Assembly (NCBI GenBank): GCA_950096965.1
Contig: CATNCV010000001.1
Coordinates: forward strand, 323-64,322
DNA length: 64,000 nt
Direction: 5' to 3'
Source of the DNA: an uncultured Clostridiaceae bacterium
Lineage (GTDB): Bacteria > Bacillota > Clostridia > TANB77 > CAG-508
The notes beneath the pieces were generated by a model. It saw nothing but the letters and a program-made list of their open reading frames with translations, made no database searches and was not told the DNA's origin. Of this stretch, positions 32,336 to 41,813 are shown piece after piece; position 1 is the stretch's first letter; each line of letters begins with the position of its first letter. The position numbers and the translations under genes were made by a program.

Positions 32336-33349
32336 GTGAAAAAAACTTTAAGTATAGCAATCATTATTGTACTTATAATAATAGTAGCAGGGGTTACTAT
32401 TTATTTTGCAACAAAAGATAATGAAAAAGATGTAGCTTCATTAAAGAAAATTAATGTAAATGAGGTTACAAGGTCAGTATTCTATGCGCCACAATATGTA
32501 GCAATAGCAAAAGGATATATGGCAGAAGAAGGGCTAGAAATAGACCTTACAACTGGTCAAGGTGCAGACAAAGTTATGACAGCAGTACTAGCAGGTCAAA
32601 GTGACATAGGTTTTGCAGGACCAGAAGCATCAATATATATATATAATGAAGGTAAAGAAGACTACTGCCAAGTATTTGCACAACTAACACAAAAAGATGG
32701 TTCATTTTTAGTAGCAAGAGAAAAAACAGACAATTTTAGCTGGCAAGACTTAAAAGGAAAAACAGTAATACCAGGAAGAAAAGGTGGAGTACCATATATG
32801 ACATTTGAATATGTACTAAAACAAAATGGAATAGATCCACAAAAAGACCTAATATTAGATGACAGTATAAAATTTGACTTAATGGCAGGAGCATTTTCAG
32901 GGGGAACAGCAGACTATGTAACATTATTTGAGCCAACAGCAACAATGACAGCAAATGCAGGAAAAGGTTATGTAGTAGCATCAGTAGGAGAAGCTTCAGG
33001 AGAAATACCATACACAGCATATTTTGCTAAAAAAAGCTATATAGAAGCAAATAGTGACACAATACAAAAGTTTACAAACGCAATATATAAAGGGCAAAAA
33101 TTTGTAGAAGAACACACAATGAAAGAAGTAGCAGAAGTAATAAAAGACTTCTTCCCAGATACAGATGTAGACTTACTAGCTACAGTATTACAAAGTTACA
33201 AAGACATAGATGCATGGAAAACAGTGCCAACAATGAAAGAAGAGTCATTTGAATTATTACAAAAAGTAATGCAAGAAGCAGGAGAACTATCACAAAAAGC
33301 ACCATTTGATAAAATAGTAAATAATTCATATGCAGAAAAAGTAAAATAA
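32336..33349 (+). CDS. ABC transporter substrate-binding lipoprotein, NMT1/THI5-like (SsuA/TauA/ThiY family)
   Basis: Signal peptide or TM helix, then an NMT1-like periplasmic-binding fold (VFYAPQYVA..GFAGPEA..). Start set to the GTG at 32336, which has an AAAGGGGAA RBS; the track ORF starts at 32294. Confidence 0.7.
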   Translation: MKKTLSIAIIIVLIIIVAGVTIYFATKDNEKDVASLKKINVNEVTRSVFYAPQYVAIAKGYMAEEGLEIDLTTGQGADKVMTAVLAGQSDIGFAGPEASIYIYNEGKEDYCQVFAQLTQKDGSFLVAREKTDNFSWQDLKGKTVIPGRKGGVPYMTFEYVLKQNGIDPQKDLILDDSIKFDLMAGAFSGGTADYVTLFEPTATMTANAGKGYVVASVGEASGEIPYTAYFAKKSYIEANSDTIQKFTNAIYKGQKFVEEHTMKEVAEVIKDFFPDTDVDLLATVLQSYKDIDAWKTVPTMKEESFELLQKVMQEAGELSQKAPFDKIVNNSYAEKVK

Positions 33350-33767
33350 GCACACTCCTCCATTCCAAAATGGTATGGAGGAGACCAATTTTTAAAAGAA
33401 CGAATTTTAACGAAAAGTTTTTTATAAAATATTATGAATTATGTTTACAATAAAACTAAAATATGCTATAATCAAAACATTCTATCTAGCACAATTTGTG
33501 CTTTTATAATTTAATCAAAAAAATTAAAATCAAATCATAATTTTAAATTAATTGAATTTAAATTCCAAGTTAAATCCAAAATTTAAATTTTAAAATAAAT
33601 AAGAAATAAAAAGGAATTGATATAGAAATTATATGTGAAATAACAAAATTAAGAAAGGAAGAAATAGAAAAAATAAAATTATAAAGTTTTATATAAATAA
33701 AATGTAAAATTTTAATTCCTAACTTCTAATACAAAATAAAATTATTATGAATTTTTAAAAACTAAGT

Positions 33768-33797
33768 ATTGACAAATAATACCAACATAATATATAA
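33768..33797 (+). promoter_or_regulatory. sigma-A promoter upstream of rpsU
   Basis: TTGACA..17 bp..TATAAT. Confidence 0.4.
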
Positions 33798-33882
33798 TAC
33801 AAAACGTGTACAAGAATTAAAAGTATACAAAAAATAAATCCCACACGAATAAAAGTGTAATACTGGAAGGAGGGGAATATTA

Positions 33883-34053
33883 ATGTCAGAAGTAAGAGTA
33901 AATAATGGAAATATAGAAGATGCCTTAAAAAGGTTTAAAAGACAATGCGCTAGAAATGGTGTTATACAAGAAGTACGTAAAAGAGAACATTATGAAAAAC
34001 CTAGTGTAAAAAGAAAGAAAAAATCAGAGGCAGCAAGAAAAAGAAAATTTTAA
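33883..34053 (+). CDS. rpsU: 30S ribosomal protein S21
   Basis: 56 aa, below the track cutoff. [56 protein letters not shown] is near-identical to the bS21 consensus. RBS GGAAGGAGGGG. Confidence 0.85.
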   Translation: MSEVRVNNGNIEDALKRFKRQCARNGVIQEVRKREHYEKPSVKRKKKSEAARKRKF

Positions 34054-34384
34054 TGAAAAATAAGAGGTTGGAAGTTAGAGGTTAGAAATAAACAATAATT
34101 TTCAACCTTTTTGTATAGAAGCTAGAAACTGTAGGTTGGAAATTAAGTGAATACCTTCAAAAAATTAATAAATATAATTTGTGCAGAAAAAATAAAATAT
34201 AGAGGCTAAATTGTTAAGGAATACCAAAGAGGAATACCAAATTTCAACCAAAGCATAAAATAATTAAAGAGGATTATAGGAGCAAGCATGGCTCATAATG
34301 ACTTCGAAGAAAAGGCTTAAATGAAAAGTAAATAGTGAAGAGTAAATAATACAAAACTCTTCAAGTTTTGAGGAGGAAACAAAA

Positions 34385-34825
34385 ATGTTAAAAGAAAAAT
34401 TATTAGAAGATATGAAAATATCAATGAGAGATAAAAACACAGTTAGAAAAAATGTAATACAAATGGTAAGAGCAGCTATTTTGCAAGTAGAAAAAGATAA
34501 GCAAATAGAATTAACAGATGATCAAATAATAGATGTAATAGCGAAAGAATCTAAAAAAAGAAAAGACTCATTAGCAGATTACGAAAAAAGTGGTAGAGAA
34601 GAATTAATAGGACAAATTAATCAAGAAATTGAAATATTAGCAGAATACTTACCAAAGCCACTTTCAAAAGAAGAACTAGAAAAAATAGTTGAAGAAGTAA
34701 TAAAAAGTACAGGAGCAACAACAATAAAAGAAATGGGCATAGTAATGAAAACAGTAAAAGAAAAAGTAGGGGCAGCAGCAGATGGAAAAACAATAAATGA
34801 AATAGTAAAAAGCAAGTTAAATTAA
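34385..34825 (+). CDS. yqeY: GatB/YqeY domain protein
   Basis: 146 aa. Conserved rpsU-yqeY gene order. YqeY-like helical sequence. Confidence 0.8.
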   Translation: MLKEKLLEDMKISMRDKNTVRKNVIQMVRAAILQVEKDKQIELTDDQIIDVIAKESKKRKDSLADYEKSGREELIGQINQEIEILAEYLPKPLSKEELEKIVEEVIKSTGATTIKEMGIVMKTVKEKVGAAADGKTINEIVKSKLN

Positions 34826-35049
34826 GAGTTATTAATGGAGTATTAAACCAAACCACTCCCCCATGCTACTCTAAATATTATAAATACTACTATTTAATAT
34901 GAAAGATATTAATATTATTAAGTATAAAAAATGAAAAATGTACAAGAATGTCTTGTATATTTTTTGCTTTTTGTACTATAATATAAATGTTAAAATAAAT
35001 AGTAAATTTTAGTAAAATAATTAAAAATTATTTCCCAAAAGTGATGTTA

Positions 35050-35080
35050 GTTCCCATTAGGAAACGTCCCCAATGGGAAC
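35050..35080. repeat. copy C of the inverted-repeat element (exact reverse complement of the core at 9707-9743)
   Basis: GTTCCCATTAGGAAACGTCCCCAATGGGAAC sits 27 nt upstream of the M16 gene start. Confidence 0.5.
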
Positions 35081-35106
35081 CAATAAGAAAAAAAGGAGAG
35101 AAAGAA

Positions 35107-36366
35107 ATGATAAATGAAACCATAGAACTAAAACAAGGTATAAAATTTCATAAAATAGAAACAAACAAATTCAAAACAAACTTATTAGCAATATTTTTTA
35201 GTATACCACTAACGAGAGAAAATGTAACAAAAAATGCACTATTGGCAGCTATTTTAAGAAGAGGAACTAACAATATGCCAACACAAGAAATTATAAGTAA
35301 AAACTTAGAAGAAATGTATGGAGCAGGTTTTGACTGTGGAATAGAAAAAAATGGAGATAATCAAACAATAAAATTTTACTTAGAATCAATAAATGATGAA
35401 TTCTTACCACAAAAAGAAGATTTATTAAAGAGAAGTTTTGATATACTATTTGATATAGCATTTAATCCATTAATAGAAAATGGGAAATTTAAAGAAGAAT
35501 ATGTTAAGGGAGAAAAAGAAAACCTAAAACAAATAATAGAAGGAAAAATAGACAATAAAGGTGCATATGCTATGGAAAGATGTATAGAAGAAATGTACAA
35601 AAATAAAGCATATGGTTTATATAAATATGGATATATAGAAGACTTAGAAAATATAACATCAGAAGAACTGTATAATTATTATAAACAAGTTATAAGAACT
35701 TGTAAAATAGATATATTTGTATCTGGAATGTTATCAAAAGATGTAGAAAAAATAGTAAAAGAAAATGAAAATATAAGTAATTTAGAAGAAAGAAAAACAA
35801 AATTAAACGAAGAACAAAAAGATATTAATGAGGAAGAAAAAATAATACAAGAAAGTATGGATATAACACAAGGAAAACTAGTATTAGGCTTGGATGTAAC
35901 ATCTAATATAGAAAACATAAGCTATGTAACAATGTGTTATAACACAATACTAGGAGGAGGAGCAAACTCAAAAATGTTCCAAAATGTAAGAGAAAAAGCA
36001 AGCCTTGCATATACAGTAGGTTCAAATTACTTAAAAAGAAAACAAAATATAATAATAAGAGCTGGAATAGAAATACAAAATTACGAAAAAGCACTAGAAA
36101 TAATAAAAAAACAATTAGAAGATATGAAAAATGGAAACTTTACAGATGAAGATATGAAAAATGCTAAAAACTTAATAATATCAACAACAGAAAACATACC
36201 AGAAGAGCAAGATACAGAAATAAGTTACTACTTTGGTCAAGAACTAGCAGGTACAAATATTGAAGTAGAAGAATATAAACAAAAAATACAAAATGTAACC
36301 AAAGAGCAAATTGTAGAGGTAGCAAAAAGTGTTAAAATAAATACAATTTATTTTTTGAAAAATTAA
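35107..36366 (+). CDS. M16 (insulinase) family peptidase, non-catalytic partner subunit lacking HxxEH
   Basis: ~420 aa with M16 N- and C-domain architecture and no inverted zinc motif. Paired with the downstream HxxEH-containing M16 gene. Confidence 0.65.
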   Translation: MINETIELKQGIKFHKIETNKFKTNLLAIFFSIPLTRENVTKNALLAAILRRGTNNMPTQEIISKNLEEMYGAGFDCGIEKNGDNQTIKFYLESINDEFLPQKEDLLKRSFDILFDIAFNPLIENGKFKEEYVKGEKENLKQIIEGKIDNKGAYAMERCIEEMYKNKAYGLYKYGYIEDLENITSEELYNYYKQVIRTCKIDIFVSGMLSKDVEKIVKENENISNLEERKTKLNEEQKDINEEEKIIQESMDITQGKLVLGLDVTSNIENISYVTMCYNTILGGGANSKMFQNVREKASLAYTVGSNYLKRKQNIIIRAGIEIQNYEKALEIIKKQLEDMKNGNFTDEDMKNAKNLIISTTENIPEEQDTEISYYFGQELAGTNIEVEEYKQKIQNVTKEQIVEVAKSVKINTIYFLKN

Positions 36367-36367
36367 A

Positions 36368-36464
36368 ATGGAAGTTAGAAGTTGGAAACTGAAAATAGAA
36401 GCTCGAATATAAGATAAATATTCCAAAGTAATTACAAAAAGTTCTAACATCCAACCTACAACTT
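36368..36464. repeat. GTTGGA/GTTAGA-rich repeat pair forming a long imperfect inverted repeat between the two M16 genes
   Basis: AAGTTAGAAGTTGGA (36372-36386) pairs with TCCAACCTACAACTT (36450-36464, whose reverse complement is AAGTTGTAGGTTGGA) at 12 of 15 positions. Confidence 0.4.
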
Positions 36465-36486
36465 AAACAACCAAAAGGAGATAAAT

Positions 36487-37755
36487 ATGAAATTAATAGA
36501 AAGTACAAAAATAAAAGAAAAAGCTTATATAGAGAAACTAGAAAATGGTTTAACAGTTATAATAATTCCAAAACAAAACACCAAAAAGAAATATGTAATA
36601 TGGGGAACACATTTTGGTTCAATAGATAACAGGTTTATAATGCCAAAAACAGGTGAAGAAGTATTTGTGCCAGATGGAGTTGCACACTTCTTAGAACACA
36701 AAATGTTTGAACAAGAAAATGGTAAAAATAGCCTAGATGTATTAATGTCATTAGGAGTAGATGCAAATGCATATACAACCAATAACCACACAGCATACCT
36801 TTTTGAAACGACAAATAATTTTTATGAAGCTCTTGATGAATTAATGGACTATGTACAACATCCATACTTTACAGATGAAAATGTAGAAAAAGAAAAAGGA
36901 ATAATAGCACAAGAAATAGGAATGTATGATGACGACCCAGGTTGGCAGCTATATATGAATGCATTAGACTGTATGTACAAAGAAAATGCAATAAAGATAG
37001 ATATAGCAGGAACAGTAGAATCTATAAGCAAAATAGACAAAGATGTTTTATACAAATGTTACAATACATTTTACAACCCATCAAACATGGCACTAGTAGT
37101 ATGTGGAGAATTTAATCCAGAAGAAATATTACAAGAAATAAAAAATAGAATAGTGGAAAAAGAAAATCAAGGAGAAATAAAAAGAATATACCCAGAAAAC
37201 GAAAAAGGAATAAACAAGAAATATAAAGAAACAAAAATGCAAGTAAGTAAACCAATATTTTTAATAGGATTTAAAGATGAAACTTTAAGAAAAGATAAAG
37301 TAAAAAAACATATCGCTATAGAAATATTAATGAATATGTTAGTAGGAAAAAGTTCAGCTTTTTACAAAAATATGTATGATGAAGGATTATTACTAGCACC
37401 ATTAGATATGGATTACGAATATACAGATAACTATGCACATGTAATGTTAACAGGCCAATCTAAAGAGCCAAAAAAAGTACAAGAAGAATTATTAAAAGAA
37501 ATAAATAAATTAAAACAAAATATAGATAATGAATATTTTGAAAGAATAAAAAAGAAAGTGTATGGGGATTATGTAGTAGAATATAATAGTGTAGCAGACA
37601 TCGCAAGAATGTTTTTATCAGACTATTTTAAAGGAGTAAATTCACTTGACTATATCGAACAATATAATGAAGTAAGTACCCAATATACAAATGAAATTTT
37701 AAATGAAATATTTGATGAAAAAAATTGTATATTGTCGGTCGTAGACATAAAATAA
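36487..37755 (+). CDS. M16 family zinc metallopeptidase (catalytic subunit)
   Basis: HFLEHKMFE is an HxxEH zinc-binding motif, followed by a downstream E, in an insulinase fold. Confidence 0.8.
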   Translation: MKLIESTKIKEKAYIEKLENGLTVIIIPKQNTKKKYVIWGTHFGSIDNRFIMPKTGEEVFVPDGVAHFLEHKMFEQENGKNSLDVLMSLGVDANAYTTNNHTAYLFETTNNFYEALDELMDYVQHPYFTDENVEKEKGIIAQEIGMYDDDPGWQLYMNALDCMYKENAIKIDIAGTVESISKIDKDVLYKCYNTFYNPSNMALVVCGEFNPEEILQEIKNRIVEKENQGEIKRIYPENEKGINKKYKETKMQVSKPIFLIGFKDETLRKDKVKKHIAIEILMNMLVGKSSAFYKNMYDEGLLLAPLDMDYEYTDNYAHVMLTGQSKEPKKVQEELLKEINKLKQNIDNEYFERIKKKVYGDYVVEYNSVADIARMFLSDYFKGVNSLDYIEQYNEVSTQYTNEILNEIFDEKNCILSVVDIK

Positions 37756-37814
37756 AATATGCTGTCGAAAAATGCCAAAAAAAGTAAAAAACAGTAATAC
37801 GAAAGTTACCAAAA

Positions 37815-37841
37815 AACGCCTTAAATTGGCGTTTTTTTATT
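37815..37841 (+). terminator. intrinsic terminator
   Basis: AAAAACGCCTTAAATTGGCGTTTTTTT. Confidence 0.55.
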
Positions 37842-37913
37842 GACTAAAATGTAAAAATATGGTATTTTAATATTATACAAAAGAAAAAAATACAAAAAAA
37901 GGAGAGATGTTAT

Positions 37914-38081
37914 ATGTTAAATGATGAAATTTGTAAATTAAGAGAAAAATTAAACCAAAGCATAATAAACGGTGAAAGTTACGATATAACATACAAACTA
38001 AGTATAGAATTAGATGAATTAATAGCAAAGTACTATAGAGAAGATATAACAAAGCAAAATAAAGGGAAAAATAGAAAATGA
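37914..38081 (+). CDS. Spo0E-like sporulation regulatory phosphatase family protein
   Basis: 55 aa. MLNDEICKLREKLNQSI..SYDITYKLSIELDELIAKYY matches the Spo0E-like helical hairpin family. RBS AGGAGAGA. Confidence 0.55.
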   Translation: MLNDEICKLREKLNQSIINGESYDITYKLSIELDELIAKYYREDITKQNKGKNRK

Positions 38082-38173
38082 AATAATAAATGTTATAATA
38101 AAAGTAAAATAAAAATTTACAATAAAAAAGAATGGAAATGACCATTCTTTTTTTCTTTTATGTGTTTGTAAGT

Positions 38174-38335
38174 TCAACCAAAAATCATTTTAAATATGCA
38201 ATAAATCACAAATAGGCCAAATACTATTAAGAAAGGAATTGTAATAAAGCAAAAAACACTATTAAAAAGTAAGTTGAACACTGCCGAAAAGAGCGAAGTA
38301 ATTACAAACCAAATAACTTCAATTATGATACTCAT
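38174..38335 (-). CDS. small hydrophobic protein
   Basis: ~53 aa with two TM helices and a GGAGG RBS. Confidence 0.3.
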   Translation of the reverse strand: MSIIIEVIWFVITSLFSAVFNLLFNSVFCFITIPFLIVFGLFVIYCIFKMIFG

Positions 38336-38613
38336 AAAGCATACCTCCAAAAGCCAATCAATAAAAGAACACAACCACTAGTTATAAAATAATTATACCA
38401 TAAAATGTAGATATAATCAAATAAAATAGGGCAATTAATTAAAAGGCATATACATATTGAGAATAATCAACTCTTATTCTAAAATATTAATTTTCCAATA
38501 GCAAAAAAATAAGCAATTGCTATACAAATAAAATAATAAAACAAAAAATGTTGAAAAAGATAAAAAAGTAAGATATAATTAAATAAGAACAGAAAATGAA
38601 ATGGAGGAAACAA

Positions 38614-39108
38614 ATGAAAATGAAAAAAATTATAAAAATAACATATATACTAATTATAATAGCTATTTTATTAACACCAATTAGTAATGTAAAAGCAATT
38701 GTAACAAACTGTCCTTCATGTAATGGAAGTGGACAAAGATATGAACCAAGAAAAAGTGGGTTTGTTACATGCCAAACGTGTAGTGGAACAGGAAAAGTAG
38801 GATCATCTTCAACAGGAGCAGCAGCAATAAACCCAGATGATTATAAACCAAATGACCTAACAGCATCAGACTATCAAAAGCCATTTGCATTTGCAAGAAC
38901 AATACTAAATGCCATAACAATAACAGGTGTAGTTATATGTGTAGTAACAGTTATGTTCTTAGGAATAAAATATATGGTAGGAAGTGTAGAGGAAAAAGCA
39001 GAATACAAAAAAACTATGATACCTATAATAGTAGGAATGGTAATGCTGGTTTGTACAAGTACAATTGTATCAATAATATATAATATGGTTAGCCAACTAA
39101 ATAATTAG
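38614..39108 (+). CDS. secreted VirB2/TrbC-like pilin-type protein with a DnaJ-type CxxCxGxG zinc-finger insert
   Basis: Signal peptide, then CPSCNGSG and CQTCSGTG, then a C-terminal TM-loop-TM (..VMFLGIKYMVGSVEEKAEYKKTMIPIIVG..) shared with two downstream paralogs. Confidence 0.4.
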   Translation: MKMKKIIKITYILIIIAILLTPISNVKAIVTNCPSCNGSGQRYEPRKSGFVTCQTCSGTGKVGSSSTGAAAINPDDYKPNDLTASDYQKPFAFARTILNAITITGVVICVVTVMFLGIKYMVGSVEEKAEYKKTMIPIIVGMVMLVCTSTIVSIIYNMVSQLNN

Positions 39109-39134
39109 TTTTAAATATTGAAAGGAAATAAAAT

Positions 39135-39587
39135 ATGAAAAAAAGTAAATATAAAATATTAGTAGTAATATTAATAAGTATTATATTAGCAATGGCAGTA
39201 ATACCAGTAAATGCTGTTACTAATAATGAAAAAAGCTATCAAGGTGAAGAAACACTTACCTTAATGATAGCAGGAAAATCAACAGCAGGACAAGTTATAG
39301 GTGATGGAGATTCATTTATACAAAAAGGGAGCAATCATGCAAGTGGTATATTCTCTACAAGTGAATTACAAGATTTATCAAGCACCATATATAATATTTT
39401 GCTAGTAGTAGGAATAGTAATTGCAGTACTATTAGGAGCAGTATTAGGAATAAAATTTATGATGGAAGGTGCAGAAGGAAAAGCAGAAGTACAAAAGGCA
39501 CTAGTTCCTTATGTTATAGGCTGTGTAGTAATATTTGGAGCATTTGCAATATGGAAAATAGTAGTTACTGTATTACAAGGTTTATAA
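39135..39587 (+). CDS. secreted VirB2/TrbC-like pilin-type protein (paralog 2)
   Basis: Signal peptide plus C-terminal TM-loop-TM (..LGIKFMMEGAEGKAEVQKALVPYVIG..). Confidence 0.4.
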   Translation: MKKSKYKILVVILISIILAMAVIPVNAVTNNEKSYQGEETLTLMIAGKSTAGQVIGDGDSFIQKGSNHASGIFSTSELQDLSSTIYNILLVVGIVIAVLLGAVLGIKFMMEGAEGKAEVQKALVPYVIGCVVIFGAFAIWKIVVTVLQGL

Positions 39588-39689
39588 GATAAAAATAGTA
39601 AAAAACAAAAAAAAAGTAAAAAATAGTTGAAAAATAGTAAAATATATATTATAATTAAAATAGTAATGAAAATTTTAAGGAGGAAAATT

Positions 39690-40062
39690 ATGAAAAAACA
39701 AATTAAAATATTATCTATAATATTAGCAGTTATTATGGTATTAGCTACATTAACAACTGTAGTAACAGCAGCACCAGACTTAAGTGGCGCAATAAAAGAT
39801 ATGGCTAATGGTACAGGAAACCAACCACAAGAAGTTCTTAACTTAGGTAAAACAATAGTAACAATTATGCAAACAGTACGGAATAGTTGTTGCAGTAGTT
39901 GTATTATTGATATTAGGTATTAAATACATGATAGGTAGTGCAGAAGAAAAAGCAGAATACAAGAAAACAATGATACCATATGTAGTTGGTTCAATACTAA
40001 TATTTGCATCTACAACAATAGTAAATGTTGTATACAACTTAGCAAATTCATTTAATTCATAA
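39690..40062 (+). pseudogene. VirB2/TrbC-like pilin-type protein (paralog 3), disrupted by a +1 frameshift at ~39879
   Basis: Frame 1 ends ..IMQTVRNSCCSSCIIDIRY*. The other frame reads GIVVAVVVLLILGIKYMIGSAEEKAEYKKTMIPYVVGSILIF.., which is the conserved C-terminal module. Removing the C in GTA[C]GGA joins them. Confidence 0.45.
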
Positions 40063-40082
40063 TTATAGATAAAAAATTTAAA

Positions 40083-40107
40083 AGCAGTATAAAGTACTGC
40101 TTTTTTA
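40083..40107 (+). terminator. intrinsic terminator after the pilin-like operon
   Basis: AAAAGCAGTATAAAGTACTGCTTTTTT. Confidence 0.5.
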
Positions 40108-40262
40108 CAATTCTATAACAACCATATTACAATTACATTAAAAATGCATAAAAATGCATTTTTTTTTGTTTTTTTATTACATTTTACGACTTTATCTGTT
40201 ATAATATAATCAAGTGTAATTATAACTAATTAAACAAAAGCAAAAATAGGAGGGGAGCTTAT

Positions 40263-40571
40263 ATGGGAACATATAATATACCTAGAAATGTTAAAGGTGA
40301 AGGAAGAATTTTATTTATATTTTCAGGAAAGAGTATGATATATACAATGATAGGAGGGGCACTAGGTCTGCCACTATACTTTATTTGTGCAGCACTTAAA
40401 CTAACAATGGTAGGACTTATACTAGTTGGAATACTTGCATTAATAGGTTTTGCAATAGGAACATTTAAAATACCATCAATATCAATACTTAAATTTACTA
40501 AAAAAGTAGGCGGAGAAAATATAGATGATGTAATAAAAAGAGCAATAATATTTAAACAAAAACGGAAGTAA
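40263..40571 (+). CDS. PrgI/VirB3-like small T4SS membrane protein
   Basis: 102 aa with two adjacent TM helices and a charged tail. It is encoded just upstream of the VirB4 gene, as in Tn916 orf17 and ICEBs1 conD. Confidence 0.45.
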   Translation: MGTYNIPRNVKGEGRILFIFSGKSMIYTMIGGALGLPLYFICAALKLTMVGLILVGILALIGFAIGTFKIPSISILKFTKKVGGENIDDVIKRAIIFKQKRK

Positions 40572-40604
40572 AATATATTTAAATACTAAGGAGGAAGAAA
40601 AATA

Positions 40605-41813
40605 ATGGATAGTATAAAACTATTAACAATGATTTTAATGATAATATTAGGCATAATGATAATGCTATTAATTGTATTAGGAATAGTATTTATAACATCA
40701 AGAATGAAACAAAAAGAAGAAAGTGAAATAAAAGAAGCACAAAATGGTAATAAAGCTCCAAAAGTTAAGAAGTTTAAAGAATATAGGACAGCTTCTGTTT
40801 TAGACTTTATGGATTTTGATACTATAGTAGATAATATGATTTCACAAAAAGATGGAAAAAGGTATGTAATGGTTGTAGAATGCCAAGGAATTAACTATGA
40901 CTTAATGTCAGAGATAGAAAAAAACTCAGTAGAAGAAGGTTTTATACAGTTTTTAAATACTCTTCGCCATCCAGTACAAATATATACACAAACAAGAACA
41001 ATAAACCTAAGTAACAGTATAGAAACATATAAAGAAAAAGTAAAAGAAATAGAAAATACAGTAGAAAAACAAGAAATGCATTATAAACAAATGCTAAAAG
41101 CAGGAACATACACAGAAGAGCAACTAAATAAAGCATACTTTGAACTAACAAAACAAAAGAATTTATATGAATATGGGAAAGACATTATATACTCAACAGA
41201 AAGAATGAGTTCAAACAAAAATGTATTAAACAAAAAATATTATGTAGTAATACCATACTACATAGAAGAGTTAGGAGAAAATTCTTTTGATAAAGAAGAA
41301 CAAAGAAATTTAGCCTTTTCAGAACTATATACAAGAGCACAATCAGTAGTAAGAACATTAAGCGTATGTGGAATAAACTCTAAAGTTATGAATTCTAATG
41401 AATTAGTAGAGCTACTATATGTGGCATATAACCGTGATGAAGCAGAAGTATTTGGATTAGAAAAAGCATTAAAAGCAGGTTACGACGAACTATATTCAAC
41501 AGCACCAGATGTAGTAGACAAGCAAATGAAAGCACTAAACAAACAAATAGAAGAAGAAGCATTAGAACTTGCACAGCAAAAAGTTACAGAAGCTAGAAGT
41601 GAAAAACAAAAGAGGCTAGCAGAAAAAAGATTAAAGAAAAGAGACCTAATAGGAGAACTTGCACAAATAATGATAACAGAAAATGAATCAATTATAGGTC
41701 AAGATATAGCACAAGATGCAATAGAAAAATTAAAAGAAGAAACTAAAGAAGAAGGAGGAAAGGGAAGTGGCAAAGAAAAACAAAAAAGAGTTAGAAAAAC
41801 AAAAACAGCTTAA
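40605..41813 (+). CDS. T4SS-associated bitopic membrane protein (ConB/TcpC-position) with a coiled-coil C-terminus
   Basis: N-terminal TM helix and a 380-aa extracytoplasmic/charged region. Its 3' end overlaps the VirB4 start. Confidence 0.35.
   Translation: MDSIKLLTMILMIILGIMIMLLIVLGIVFITSRMKQKEESEIKEAQNGNKAPKVKKFKEYRTASVLDFMDFDTIVDNMISQKDGKRYVMVVECQGINYDLMSEIEKNSVEEGFIQFLNTLRHPVQIYTQTRTINLSNSIETYKEKVKEIENTVEKQEMHYKQMLKAGTYTEEQLNKAYFELTKQKNLYEYGKDIIYSTERMSSNKNVLNKKYYVVIPYYIEELGENSFDKEEQRNLAFSELYTRAQSVVRTLSVCGINSKVMNSNELVELLYVAYNRDEAEVFGLEKALKAGYDELYSTAPDVVDKQMKALNKQIEEEALELAQQKVTEARSEKQKRLAEKRLKKRDLIGELAQIMITENESIIGQDIAQDAIEKLKEETKEEGGKGSGKEKQKRVRKTKTA

Noticed and set aside
40558-40575. 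AAA[C]GGAAG at the end of the PrgI-like gene as another C-insertion site
   Set aside because: Removing the C only extends the ORF by 11 residues to another stop. The effect is ambiguous, so it is not counted.
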